Positions 35,074-46,900 of a stretch of 64,000 nt of DNA are shown here, piece after piece. The stretch's first letter is position 1; every line of letters starts with the position of its first letter. Location: positions 1 to 64,000 of the IMG/VR virus record IMGVR_UViG_3300042900_000746. One strand, written 5' to 3'. The DNA comes from a virus. Taxonomy: Duplodnaviria > Caudoviricetes. Position numbers and translations under genes: made by a program. The notes under the pieces are model-generated. The model saw nothing but the letters and a program-made list of their open reading frames with translations, was not told the origin of the DNA and searched no databases.

Positions 35074-36327
35074 TTACTCATAATTAATAATTAAATCAGT
35101 TAACGTTGGGGCTGTTTTATCATCTAACATATTCAATGTAACCTCTATCCACACTGAGTTAGAGGCGCCAGGATTACTTAAGGTGTAGGTGCCAGAATCG
35201 TTATAGATGACTCTATAACTAAAGGCACTACTCATAAGGCTTGAGGGGACATTGTATATTTTAGGAGTGACGTTAGTCACATTTTCAATAACGTCACCGT
35301 CTGGTGCAGTGAACTTAATAATTGTTCTGCCACTTGATAAGAACTTTTCATATCTGATATCCAGGTCTGATAATCCATATGTGTAGATAGCTTTTCCGAG
35401 TTCAGTAAAATAATTTCTTTGAATAAACTTGATTCTTATTGCAGTTATATCAGTATCTGGGAAAGTGAATGCTACGGGTGGACAATTTCTTATGGTGTCA
35501 GCGCCTGTTGTGGACCAACCTCCTGGTGGTACTTTGCCTATGGCTTCTGTAGTTCCATCGTAGTATGCTTTTTTGTTTAAGGGAGTCCATCCATCAGAAT
35601 CAGCTAGTGCTGGATTCTGCTTAGAACTGTATTCAATGCTGACTAGATCTACACCAAAAGCAGGATAGGGGTTTATCTTAATCATATTAGTTTTTAGCGA
35701 CCCCGCTGCTTCTGCAGGTATTTTTACATAGAGCATCATCTGTGCTCCAGCCATAGATGTTGACTCAACTATTACATTTCTTTTCCAAACTTTATCAGGA
35801 GCATCTAGAATAGCATTATAAATTGGTGTAGTATCAATAACTGCACCGTTTCCATCTACCCCTGCAAAATTTGTATCTATTTTAGCCTTAAAAAACTCTG
35901 GCACTACTTGACCGGCAGTCGGGCTAGTGAATTTTAATTTAGAAAATGAACCGCTAGAAACTTTTGGTAAAGAAATGGTATTATATATAGGATCAAAGCT
36001 AAGAAGTTCCGTTCCAGATACAGCGAATGAGGAACCAACTAGAGTCGAATAATCTATTTGACTAAAGGAGTGCAGCGAAATAGTATTGGATGTAGCCTCT
36101 AAAGCGCTTACTCTATTGGTAAGATCTTCTACAGCTGAGGATAAGAATTTATGATCTTTAATAACTCTTTCAAAAGCCTGGGATAATTTATTATCAATAA
36201 TGTTAGATTTGTTATAGAGATAAACTAAATCTTTATAATTTTCTTCTACTCTTTCATTGTAATCAGAACTTTCGACAGGACCGTTATATTGATAGTCTCT
36301 TTTTTTAGTGTTAAGTATGTCAGCCAT
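35074..36327 (-). CDS. Putative virion structural protein
   Basis: In structural operon; N-terminal Y.GP..S..YN coiled coil followed by beta-rich domains. Confidence 0.7.
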   Translation of the reverse strand: MADILNTKKRDYQYNGPVESSDYNERVEENYKDLVYLYNKSNIIDNKLSQAFERVIKDHKFLSSAVEDLTNRVSALEATSNTISLHSFSQIDYSTLVGSSFAVSGTELLSFDPIYNTISLPKVSSGSFSKLKFTSPTAGQVVPEFFKAKIDTNFAGVDGNGAVIDTTPIYNAILDAPDKVWKRNVIVESTSMAGAQMMLYVKIPAEAAGSLKTNMIKINPYPAFGVDLVSIEYSSKQNPALADSDGWTPLNKKAYYDGTTEAIGKVPPGGWSTTGADTIRNCPPVAFTFPDTDITAIRIKFIQRNYFTELGKAIYTYGLSDLDIRYEKFLSSGRTIIKFTAPDGDVIENVTNVTPKIYNVPSSLMSSAFSYRVIYNDSGTYTLSNPGASNSVWIEVTLNMLDDKTAPTLTDLIINYE

Positions 36328-36328
36328 A

Positions 36329-36724
36329 TTAATTGCCATTCTCTAATCTTTGTATTTTATTTAGTAAACGAGAAAGTTTAGAACTGATCTTATTCATTAC
36401 ATCTATTTCTAAAGCTTCTTCCACTGAACCATCTTTGTCTATAAAAATATTTACATCATCTATAGAGTAAGTTAATCCATCATTTAAATTTACTGCATTA
36501 GTGACATCTGCAGGTTCTCCGATAAGGTAACTTAATTTATTTAAAATATCTATATCTATAGATTCTAGCTCATTTAATATTCTAGTTAAATCTAATTGTA
36601 GAAAATTAGTTTCCAAATTTTCACATTGACTTTCTCTACTTCCTCTAAATCTTACCCTATTTACTTGAAATAGTGGTTCCCTAATTCTTTGGGTAATTTT
36701 TGGATTATTATAAGTTGTAGCCAT
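36329..36724 (-). CDS. Putative virion protein
   Basis: RFRG.RES..EN motif resembles the N-terminus of the next gene; RBS GAGG. Confidence 0.65.
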   Translation of the reverse strand: MATTYNNPKITQRIREPLFQVNRVRFRGSRESQCENLETNFLQLDLTRILNELESIDIDILNKLSYLIGEPADVTNAVNLNDGLTYSIDDVNIFIDKDGSVEEALEIDVMNKISSKLSRLLNKIQRLENGN

Positions 36725-36735
36725 TTTTCCTCTTA

Positions 36736-38862
36736 TCAACTATCATTATGTTTAAATTTAACTCTAATAGAATCTATTAAAGGAGTTTGAAGTGGATTTT
36801 CATACCTTATTAAATCTGCCCTATATCTTACGGCGGTAACCGTATCTAACGCATTCGAATAGTAATTAAGCAAAGATTTTCCAGAGATTTCTCTTGAAGA
36901 CAAAATTTCTCTTCTTGTATAAAAGGGAGCTATTGTGAATAAATTAGCGCTTATATCTGATCTTCTTTTGAATTCCATGGGATCTAAATATGAGAAATAA
37001 TTCAAGAACATAGTTCCATAGTCAATCAAATTTTTATTAGACATTAAATCAAAATTAATAAGTCCGGAAAAATTCTTATCATAAGTGACAACTATATTAT
37101 TAATTCCAGTAATAAAGTTCCATTCAATAGTAGAAGAAATTACACCGGACGGCAGGTCAGCTATCAGATTACCATTTAAATATATTGCTAAATTAAAATC
37201 ATCTCTACTTTTTGTAACTTTGTGAGATACTTTATATTCTTTAGTTGTTAATAATTTTGTTTCCATTAAACCAACTCTTACACCATATATCCCTGGTGCT
37301 ATATTGCTAATTTGATCTTTTACAATATCTGTATTTAATTCATTAACATCATTAATGGCTATTTTTTCTGTCCAAATATTTAAAGATTTATAATATTCTA
37401 CATTTGAATTTCCAGGTGTTATATGATAGTGCTTATAGCAATTTAAATCAGCTAAAATATATGGATCTATAAATTGATCGCTAGCATTGACGGCCTCAAT
37501 GCGGTACACTTCTTTATCGGTACCAGGCAGAATTGTTGGATTAGCCTCATTAACATTTTCTGGATTAGGATTAATCGGAATAGAGCTTGAATCCTCACCC
37601 GGAACACCTATGTATCTTGATTGTACACTTGAACCACTAAGGTTGACAATTTTTTGTGCAGTGGCGTTAGTCGATGAAGTTGGTTCGATAGGTATCCAAT
37701 TGAACTCAGCAATTTGTTTAGCGCTTGTGGTATCGGCTGCAACGTAATATTTTATATCTGTTCCAGACAATATTTGATCTTTCGTTTCAATTGAAACTGA
37801 ATTGATTGTCAATTTATTATTGTCTGAAACTGGAATTGAAATTGGAGCAGAAACTATTACTGCTGATTTATCATAGTAGTCTGCATTTATTACTAACTCT
37901 CTAATCCCAAATTTATATGTATAGGGATTTATTGAATTATTTTCTATTTGATCTGGTTCAGTTTTATAAATAATTATCATTATTTTACTATAAAAATCAG
38001 CTGGGATAGTAAAAGAGAATCTATTATAATCTGTTTTTGAGGTTTGTGATCTCATTTGCTCCGGCTTATTTGTGTCCGTCGGCGTTGCCGTTACATAGAT
38101 CGCGCATGGTGCTGATGTCAATAATGATCCGCTAATTTTAGACAAATTATATGAAGTATTAATTGGTATATTTAATGTCATCACGACCACTGATGGTTCT
38201 GGGGAGTTATGAGTATAAGACCAGTATGTATCATTAAGTCCATCAAAAACAGATTCAAAATCTTGAACATCGACGTTATTGACTACGGGTTGATTATTTG
38301 ACATAATACTATACGTCGCATTTGAGGACGTTATGGTACTTGTTGTGAGCGCATTAGAAATACTGTTGGTTATTTTAGGTATACTAACATTGCCATATAG
38401 TGTATCAATATATGCGGACGTCATATCCATATCAATTGTATCTAAGTTAGAAAAACCTTCTAAATAAGAATAAAAATATCCATCTGAATTTGAGTTTGCA
38501 AATATTAAATCATCTATTTTATTTTCTAATATTTTTCTTTTACTTTTAAGATTATCTAATCTATTATTTAAAGCTGTAACAATAGAAAATATTTCTTGGT
38601 TATTTTCATTCACACAATCATATAATACTTCAACATTAAAAAGTGTATTTGCCATTAACTCATTTATTAGATTTACATCTGTTTTAGCTACTATGTCTAG
38701 CTTTGTGTAGTCTAATGGAATCGGATTTCCAAATTTATATATAGAAAAATACTCTCCAAAAACTTTTTTAATTTCTAGTTCAGAAGGTTTTTTTCCTTGA
38801 GAATATAAAATTTTATATATATTTCCTAAAAATTTTCTTTTTTGGATAGATGATATATTCAT
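36736..38862 (-). CDS. Putative baseplate/virion structural protein
   Basis: Coiled-coil N-terminus plus beta-rich body; IVSAPI...IKYYV and TP.I.S.RVK motifs resemble those of its neighbours. Confidence 0.7.
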   Translation of the reverse strand: MNISSIQKRKFLGNIYKILYSQGKKPSELEIKKVFGEYFSIYKFGNPIPLDYTKLDIVAKTDVNLINELMANTLFNVEVLYDCVNENNQEIFSIVTALNNRLDNLKSKRKILENKIDDLIFANSNSDGYFYSYLEGFSNLDTIDMDMTSAYIDTLYGNVSIPKITNSISNALTTSTITSSNATYSIMSNNQPVVNNVDVQDFESVFDGLNDTYWSYTHNSPEPSVVVMTLNIPINTSYNLSKISGSLLTSAPCAIYVTATPTDTNKPEQMRSQTSKTDYNRFSFTIPADFYSKIMIIIYKTEPDQIENNSINPYTYKFGIRELVINADYYDKSAVIVSAPISIPVSDNNKLTINSVSIETKDQILSGTDIKYYVAADTTSAKQIAEFNWIPIEPTSSTNATAQKIVNLSGSSVQSRYIGVPGEDSSSIPINPNPENVNEANPTILPGTDKEVYRIEAVNASDQFIDPYILADLNCYKHYHITPGNSNVEYYKSLNIWTEKIAINDVNELNTDIVKDQISNIAPGIYGVRVGLMETKLLTTKEYKVSHKVTKSRDDFNLAIYLNGNLIADLPSGVISSTIEWNFITGINNIVVTYDKNFSGLINFDLMSNKNLIDYGTMFLNYFSYLDPMEFKRRSDISANLFTIAPFYTRREILSSREISGKSLLNYYSNALDTVTAVRYRADLIRYENPLQTPLIDSIRVKFKHNDS

Positions 38863-41309
38863 TACTTTTTGACCTTTGCTATTAACTCGTAAGAATAAAT
38901 TAATGGAGTTATATTTGTATTTTTATTCTTTATCATTTCTATTTTAACATAAATTTTATTAACAATATTTGGGACCTTAGGACTATTCAAATATGCTACA
39001 CCGGGAATTTGATATGAATCAGGAATATTTTTATTAAAAACAATCACCTCTGCTATACCCTGGGTGTCTAATTGGACTGGAGAAATTTTCATCCAGTTGC
39101 TTCCATCAGCTGAAATATAATAATTAATATTTATTTTATTAGAAAAAGTATTATCAATATTTGTCTCAACAGATAACATTATTGCCTCTACGGGGGCATC
39201 AAATAGGTATGGTGTAGAGACTATTTCTGCCTGATCAGCGTATGTCTCATAGCTAACGCTTATATCCCTTATTCCTATGGCCAATCTTTTAGCTCTATAC
39301 ATCTCTGTTTCTGCTGTAATTGGAACCACTGGTTCCAAAGTTCTTCCTAGACCAGTATGCGTAATGTATTCAACAGCGGGATTTATGATATTAAGAAGCT
39401 CAGAAGCGGTGGGTAATGATGATGAACTTATGCTAACAAAATTAGTTCTAGATATTCCTGTCACAGTTCCAGGCACTGGGGGCGTTCCACCGGTAACGGT
39501 GTATTTGATGCTAGTTGAACTAGTAATTTCAGACACTCTTACTGACTGAGGTGTTCCACCAAATAATTTTCCAGTACCATCTGTTGCAGTAATATAAGCT
39601 CCAACTTCGAGAAGTTGTACGTCTGTCATTCCAGTTATGGTAGCCGTCCATGGGCCAGCTCCTGCGACTGAACTGACGGTACCAGTAGTACTTATTGGTT
39701 GCTTTATACCATTGATAAATGATATAACAGATTGATAATCTTGATTAGCATCGCTTTCTGATTGAAAATACTTTACTGGTCTTGGATCATCTGCATTTGG
39801 GGGTGCTTCAAAATCTGGAGATTCCTTCCATTGAATGTATCTATCTGGGTCATTTAAATCTGTAGTCCAATTCTGGAAATATACTTTTTCACCATCAATA
39901 TCAAAAGTGATAATGTAGGCATTATACACAACTGGCTTTTTCTTAAGTGTTACTTTAATCGAGCCAGGATTGTTTGTATTTGCCTTGAACTTATTGGGTT
40001 GATGTAAAGGAGGAATTATTATATCTTTATTATATGTCACCTCTTCATAAATGTCCCTACTGAGGACATCTGGATTAAATCTACTTAACCCATAAAATGG
40101 GCTTTCTGTTTCTTCATCTTGAGGATAATTTGGTTTCCAATATAGGTGCTTAATATCTATATCTTGTATTGAATCTTGTTCAAAAATTACTTCAACTTTT
40201 AGTATTTTTCTTTCAGAGAATTTAACTGTAGCTTTATTGTAAAAATAGTTTTGTGCTGATTCAATAGTTAGTGGAGCAAATGATGAACCGATAAATATGG
40301 CTTTATCCAATATGTCTTCTGAGGTACCATCTTCTTTGAATATTCTAATTTGATTGACTTTAACGAAGTTAGACGAACCAAAGTAGGGGACTATATCAAT
40401 AGAGTTTGCATTTGTAGCAACATTTGATTCCATAACAACGGTTAGAACTAATGGCTTAGTTAAGTCATAGTTAGACCAATTAGTTAGAGAACCTGCGCCC
40501 TGAGTTACATCTGATCGAGTTCCAGTTACGTAAGAAAACTCATTATCCGATACTGTATTCTTATTTACTGGACCACTATCCCTATCTACATTTAAGGCTT
40601 CATACTCAAAGTAAGTTAATGGATTTGAATCCATTATACCAGCTACAGAACTAATTGTTGGATTTGATTCAAAAATATACCTATATGAAGATGTCCCATC
40701 TGAACTGGTAGACCTAATAACTTGATGATTGTTTCCCATAAATCCATCAGATGAAGTAATGCTTACCCGATTAGGCGACCATAAACGACTTTTTACTATA
40801 GGTAAAGAAAAGGAACCATTGTATATCTGTGGATTAAAATTAATCTTAACCCTATTGAAATCTACTTGATCTGCGTTATCAAAAGAGTCACCTAAATACA
40901 CAACATCATTTGATGGACTTTGGGTGTACATCTGTAAAATTTTTGCTTTTGAAGCTATTCTTTCGGCGTATCTTTTTTCATTTTCTATCTCAGTAGAAAA
41001 AAGATTGAATGTATTAATTGTTTTAGCGACAAGGTAATCTACATGTTCGGCAATTACATTCATATCATTTGCTAGGTCTTTAGAAAATTTATTAATTTTA
41101 GAGGAGATGGGTGGTTCACCCTTTATGTATGGATCAAATTTAGTCATTGGTCCAGAAATGCCCTGATATATTTCAGACAAAAGTTGATTGTATTTTTCAA
41201 TTCTTTCTTCATTTGTTTTAAAAGAATTTGTTTTTTCTAAGATCATAAAATCTCTAATCTTTAAAAAGATTTGATCATATGCCATTAGGTTTGATGAAAC
41301 TTGTGCCAT
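38862..41309 (-). CDS. Putative baseplate/virion structural protein
   Basis: GIRDI....Y...AEIVS.P, I.YYIS.DG..W..ISP, TP.I.SY; start MAQV after AGGA. Confidence 0.7.
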   Translation of the reverse strand: MAQVSSNLMAYDQIFLKIRDFMILEKTNSFKTNEERIEKYNQLLSEIYQGISGPMTKFDPYIKGEPPISSKINKFSKDLANDMNVIAEHVDYLVAKTINTFNLFSTEIENEKRYAERIASKAKILQMYTQSPSNDVVYLGDSFDNADQVDFNRVKINFNPQIYNGSFSLPIVKSRLWSPNRVSITSSDGFMGNNHQVIRSTSSDGTSSYRYIFESNPTISSVAGIMDSNPLTYFEYEALNVDRDSGPVNKNTVSDNEFSYVTGTRSDVTQGAGSLTNWSNYDLTKPLVLTVVMESNVATNANSIDIVPYFGSSNFVKVNQIRIFKEDGTSEDILDKAIFIGSSFAPLTIESAQNYFYNKATVKFSERKILKVEVIFEQDSIQDIDIKHLYWKPNYPQDEETESPFYGLSRFNPDVLSRDIYEEVTYNKDIIIPPLHQPNKFKANTNNPGSIKVTLKKKPVVYNAYIITFDIDGEKVYFQNWTTDLNDPDRYIQWKESPDFEAPPNADDPRPVKYFQSESDANQDYQSVISFINGIKQPISTTGTVSSVAGAGPWTATITGMTDVQLLEVGAYITATDGTGKLFGGTPQSVRVSEITSSTSIKYTVTGGTPPVPGTVTGISRTNFVSISSSSLPTASELLNIINPAVEYITHTGLGRTLEPVVPITAETEMYRAKRLAIGIRDISVSYETYADQAEIVSTPYLFDAPVEAIMLSVETNIDNTFSNKININYYISADGSNWMKISPVQLDTQGIAEVIVFNKNIPDSYQIPGVAYLNSPKVPNIVNKIYVKIEMIKNKNTNITPLIYSYELIAKVKK

Positions 41310-41320
41310 AATATTTCCTG

Positions 41321-43930
41321 TCAACTATTCTTAGCTACTGATGTTAATCTGTCATAATTCGAATCAAATGTTGCTGTCTTAATTTTCAACAGAACTGAGT
41401 CAGCCTTAGCGGGGATGTCTAAGTTGGGGATATTCTTTCTCATAATTAATCTGAATCGTAAATTATAAGGAACATATTCATACAAAACTCTAAAATTGGA
41501 ATTAATAACTTTATTGAAAGTAATATTTTTTCCACTTTGAATAAATAAAGTTAAATTAGTATCGTAGAATTTTGCGCTGTATTGACTATTGGTATAATTC
41601 GTCATATTTATTGCGTATGTTCCATCTGACAATAATATTTTAACAGGATTATACCCGGTTCCTGCGCTTCTGAATATAGTGCCTATTGTCGATCCATACG
41701 TAGCATCATTTAAATATCTCTCATTTATATATGGAGTATATTCTAAACTAATTGATCTATTCGAATCATTTTTAGCAAAAGCCTGACCTGGGCCAGAATT
41801 ATCGCCATAATTTTTTGTTATATCTTCATACAAATTATATTTAATAAAATCTATTTCATATGGATCATACATTACTGTATCCAATGAATACGATACGCAG
41901 AAAATACTTGCTGGCCCAAAAAGAGATCTATCCGTAATGGTAACTTTATTTGACACTACGTTAAATGAGTACTGATTAGTATTACATCTAAGGCCATCTT
42001 TAAATAGTACTAGAGATCCGCTCAATGCTCTAAATCTTAATTTAGCTGAAAAATCTGTAGTGTCAAAAAATATTACTTCAGAATCAATTGAAGTTTCAGA
42101 ATTAAATGCTATAGGCACCCAATCTAGTTCATTGTTAGGACTTTCTTTATTTGAAATAGAAAGTTCATAAGATAACAAGTTGTTTAGATTAAAACTTGCT
42201 GCCTCATTATTAACTGAACTTTTAATAACTTCAGCTTTACTTTTTACTGCTAATATCTGACCATTTACTGGAATTTTTCTACTGACAAAACAAGACTTAG
42301 CGACATTTAAAGAATCACTTTCTAAAAATTCTATTGATTTTAGAGAAAAAATATACTCATAACAATCTGGAGCTTCCTTGGTTAGAAGATCTAATACTGC
42401 GTCCTGCGCAGTTCCATGCGAACTAGCTTGTGTATAGAATTGATATTTTTGATCTGACATATTATTGCTATTGCCTTGCAATATATTTCCAGGGTAAGCT
42501 AGTGTTTGTTGTGGGTTTTTGGTTATTGATGATTCTACAAAGTAATTAGAATACATATTAGAATAATTAGTATCTAAATTAGATACTATATTGTAAAAGA
42601 GATTTTTAAATATTGGCGAATTAAATAATTTACCTCTGTCGCTTAAATCAAAATTATTTGCCTTAAATATTTCATCCGAGATCATCTTAGAATATTCATC
42701 AAGATCTTTAGGAAATCTATAGCTATAATATTCGTTTTCTACGTTTTTATTTTTAGACAAACCATTAACTGTATTATTTCTTTTGAAATGCCAATAAACC
42801 AAGTCTTGCATTAAGCTAAATTTTTTACTTCTTTCATTTAATCTTTCGTTAATAAATGACTGAATATTTTTTGAATTTAGTTCAGAAGTTATTGGTGCCA
42901 GTTTAGTTCTGATATAAGATGATTGATTAAAGATAAATATAAATTTATTAATTATTCTTTTGTCAAAAGATATTTCTAATCTTGAATCAAGATTTTTTGG
43001 TGTAGACAATAATAAATTGTACGACTCCGCCGCATTTAGATTCGATGAGTTTGTATTTGGCGGATTAAAAGCAACGATCTGCAGCAGTTGCAATCCGTTT
43101 CCGAGGTTTGGATTTAGTCTTATCGTATCAATGTTAATCCCAGAAACAAGCTCTACTTCGACAGCTGTTTGTGCTCCGTTAATTCTACTATAATCATAAT
43201 TTAAATATTTTAAATAATTAATTATATTTGAAGTTAAAACTATTGGACTTTTAATAGTTAAATTCCAAGAATCTTTTAGATTATCATTAAATAAATTATT
43301 GAAATTACTATCAGTAGTTATATAATTTGCATAGTTAGAAGCTATATTAATTGATTTAATATTGTTCATTATATTTTTATTAGAATAAGAATTTCCCATT
43401 TTAAGAATTCCACTAACAGTATCTATGAAATAATTCCCACCATTCACAAACGGCGCATTATCTCTATCTGGAATAGTAAAGTTAGACCCGTCATAAGAGT
43501 AATCATATAGGCTGTTATCAAATTTTTCAATATAATTAGCATTATATAAATCATCTTTACCTGAAATATATTCGTAATTGTTAATAAAAATTTCTAGATC
43601 ATTGATATCTTTGTGAATTTTTTCTATTTCAGAAGAAAGGACATCTATCATGGAATTTAGTGCAAGTCCAGCTGAATTGGCTCCATTATATAAATTGTTT
43701 AAACGCAAAGAAGAATCTCTGAAAAGCTCAACTAAGACTTCTTTATTTAAAGTGGTCAAACTTCCAATAGAAGCTGCTGCAAAATTATTTCCGGCAGTGA
43801 AACCAGATAATCTTTTGATTAAAGAACCAATCTCAATTTTATTAACCTTCATGTTTTTAATTAAAGAAGTTACAGTAGTTTTACTGAAACTGGAAAATGA
43901 ATTAATTGTGTCAGGTAAATTTCTCAGCAT
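41321..43930 (-). CDS. Putative baseplate/virion structural protein
   Basis: Asn-rich; architecture paralogous to its neighbours (YEY.FSLK.I, FVS.KI, W.PI). Confidence 0.7.
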   Translation of the reverse strand: MLRNLPDTINSFSSFSKTTVTSLIKNMKVNKIEIGSLIKRLSGFTAGNNFAAASIGSLTTLNKEVLVELFRDSSLRLNNLYNGANSAGLALNSMIDVLSSEIEKIHKDINDLEIFINNYEYISGKDDLYNANYIEKFDNSLYDYSYDGSNFTIPDRDNAPFVNGGNYFIDTVSGILKMGNSYSNKNIMNNIKSINIASNYANYITTDSNFNNLFNDNLKDSWNLTIKSPIVLTSNIINYLKYLNYDYSRINGAQTAVEVELVSGINIDTIRLNPNLGNGLQLLQIVAFNPPNTNSSNLNAAESYNLLLSTPKNLDSRLEISFDKRIINKFIFIFNQSSYIRTKLAPITSELNSKNIQSFINERLNERSKKFSLMQDLVYWHFKRNNTVNGLSKNKNVENEYYSYRFPKDLDEYSKMISDEIFKANNFDLSDRGKLFNSPIFKNLFYNIVSNLDTNYSNMYSNYFVESSITKNPQQTLAYPGNILQGNSNNMSDQKYQFYTQASSHGTAQDAVLDLLTKEAPDCYEYIFSLKSIEFLESDSLNVAKSCFVSRKIPVNGQILAVKSKAEVIKSSVNNEAASFNLNNLLSYELSISNKESPNNELDWVPIAFNSETSIDSEVIFFDTTDFSAKLRFRALSGSLVLFKDGLRCNTNQYSFNVVSNKVTITDRSLFGPASIFCVSYSLDTVMYDPYEIDFIKYNLYEDITKNYGDNSGPGQAFAKNDSNRSISLEYTPYINERYLNDATYGSTIGTIFRSAGTGYNPVKILLSDGTYAINMTNYTNSQYSAKFYDTNLTLFIQSGKNITFNKVINSNFRVLYEYVPYNLRFRLIMRKNIPNLDIPAKADSVLLKIKTATFDSNYDRLTSVAKNS

Positions 43931-43931
43931 C

Positions 43932-46900
43932 TCAGTTCCAACTGTTCCCATCCATGTCTTGAAGCTCGTAAGCTATACCAGCTGTTAGATTATTGGATAT
44001 AATATTGTAAATTTCTTTTTGGTCTACAAAATAATCTTTAACTTCTTTTGGTATTCTAATTATAACATACCCACCCTTATTGTAGGCTTTGCCAGATGGG
44101 GCATAGACGTCCCAGAAAGATAGTACCTCGGGAATTGCTTCTAATAACTCATAATTTGTTTTATCTACAGTTATCCCTCCACCCTTTAACCTTAGGTCTA
44201 CAGTCTCTGGCGCTACGCTATATGGATTATTGGTTACGTAAATAGTTGCTATTGGTAGAGCGAACGGATCATATTCGGACGATCTATTGTCAAAAATGGC
44301 TGTATCGTATGTGAAGTTAATGGCGGAATCATATAAATAATCATCAATTTTAATTAAATTATTTGTATTATTTTGAATATTTTGTTTTTTATAGATATTT
44401 TTTGGAAGTACATAAATATACAATGGTTGATTATAATAAATATTATTAGAATTTAAAACAGGATTCAATGGAATTGGCACTCCATTTATGTGATTAAGCA
44501 GAATATCCCTATTGACTGTCGTGTAGTTAACTTTAACCAATTGAGAATCTTGAGGTATCATATTCTTATTGAATTCTACTAAACCACTATAGCAATCAAT
44601 ATCTCTAATTTGTGAATATGCAATCTCTACCCATTGCGAAGATACGGATTCTCTAGTGTAAATTTTAATTTGAGGTTTAATAATTCCAACTATTGAATTT
44701 CTATTATTCGTAGGATGATTCCAAGCTAAAATCGGCGTGGAGCTTACCTGAATTTTATTAGAGCTAAGTATCAATGGAGATTCATTAACAATGTCCTGAT
44801 GTCCGAAACCAAATAGTTCTGAGGAGGGGGGTTCAAATTCATTAACTGTTGTGTACTCTGCGTTTAATTCTTGATCAATATAATTCGCTTTCCATCCAGT
44901 CCATTTACGTTCAGAAGAAATAGAAATCTTTTTCCAGAAACTTCCGGTAGTTAACCGCAGTGGCCACGCATCAAACTTAGATAAATTGTCATTGATTTTT
45001 CCTACTTTAATAGCAGAATTAGAATTAGTTTTGACAGAATATACTGGGACTATTGTTCTAAGTGGAACATTTACTGGCTTGAACGTTGTGTTTAATGTTG
45101 GACCAATGTATTCATTTTTATTTTGAGTATTGCCGTCCGCATCTATCGCGCAGACTCCAATAAATATATTGTTGACACCTCTAGATAGAATATCTATATA
45201 AGTTATTTGATTTCCTAAAAATTCTTTTTCTAGAATATCATAAAAACCATAAATGAATCCATCTTGGTTTTCTATTTCATTTTTTACTATAAATGAACCG
45301 TATCTTAAATCTATCTCTTCACTATTTATTGAAGATATTCCTGTTAATTGCGTATTGATTTCAGCTGAGGTCGGTAGTCCATAAGGCGATCCACTTTGAT
45401 TGCATAGCAATAAAATTCCATCATTCACATCTACTGAGTTTCTTGAATCAGAAAAAATACGACCGTCAATTGTCCTAAGTTTGTACCCAGTTGCTAAAGA
45501 ATTGGTAATATTAAATATTTGACTTCCACTATAATAAGTAGCTGACGTAGTTAAGCTATACTGGTTACCTGATGCTGTTAACGTTACAGGGTTTCCCGTA
45601 ACAGTAATCCCGTTAGAAGTTACTGTAGTGATAGCTGCACTATTTAGTGTTACTGATGTTGGCGCACTTGCAAAATTTATCATCAGATTATCAAAAGTAT
45701 GAGTTTCATTATCATCTAGCTTATATTCACCATTTGCAAAAGTCTCAGTTTTAGTTCCCTCAAATATTTGTGGATCAGAATAGGTGATCGAACTAACATA
45801 AGAAGCACTCCTAGTTAGGTTAGAGGTAGTATATGTCTTGCTGGCATCCAAGGCAGTTGTTACGTTATTGTGAGTCTCTTCAGAGACTACTATTGCAGTT
45901 ACAAGAGTCTCTCGAGCAGGCACAGTAACCGTCTGATCGCCAGGATCGACGTCCTTAATGGTAGTTCCATAAGCTTCAATTGCCTTAATGCCAAAACCTT
46001 CGCCATAGCCGTAATACGCAACTGATCTTCCAACAACCGACACCCACATGTACTTACAGTCTTCTGCTGGCATTCCGCCCATCTGAATAACAACATCTCG
46101 ATTGAATGCATTTGCGTTTATAGAACGCAAATTTGTTTTGAATATATCTTTCCCGAAAGAAGAGGACCATCCATACCCAACAATACTAAAATTTTTCCAA
46201 AGTGGATTATCATCGGCTTGAATTTCTATTGAATTTACAATCTTTAATTTTGAAGTATCTACTTCAAAGAATATAATATCTCTAGCTTCACTTGGCCCGC
46301 CAAATCCTGTAAAAGTTATTTTCCTATATGTTTGATTGCTTTCGAGACCTGACGCAACAACGGTAGCACGAGCTGCTTGCATGTACTTAATAACTTCTGG
46401 AACTTTAGTTACATCTCTAGCCCAAGTTATCCAATTATCAAAATTAGCTTCATTCTTCCAAAACTTAGTTAAATACCATTTAGTTTCACTATCAACTTTG
46501 CCATCTTCGTATAATTGCTCGTTGTCTATTTGGAATTTTTTTACTGCCGCCTCAGTAAGTGGACCATAGATGCCATCAACTACTGATTTATATGAGCCAT
46601 GAGCAGCCAGGGTAAACTGTATATATTTTACATATTCACCAGTTGGTGTCCGATCAGATGTCCATATCTTAGTGTCTTTATGAATATCTATATCGCCAGT
46701 ATATGGGAAAACATTATTTGCATTGGAAGTATCCGTTGGCCTCAAGAATCTTAGATCATCAATAGCTGATTCAAAATTTATGCAGCTGGCACTAGTTGAT
46801 ACTATTTCTCCACTGGGTAGGGTAGGATTAGTGGGGGTTAATCTTACCGATTTTAGTTGGGCACTGAATGTAGCCGTTAATCCAGTACTTAAAGTTACAT

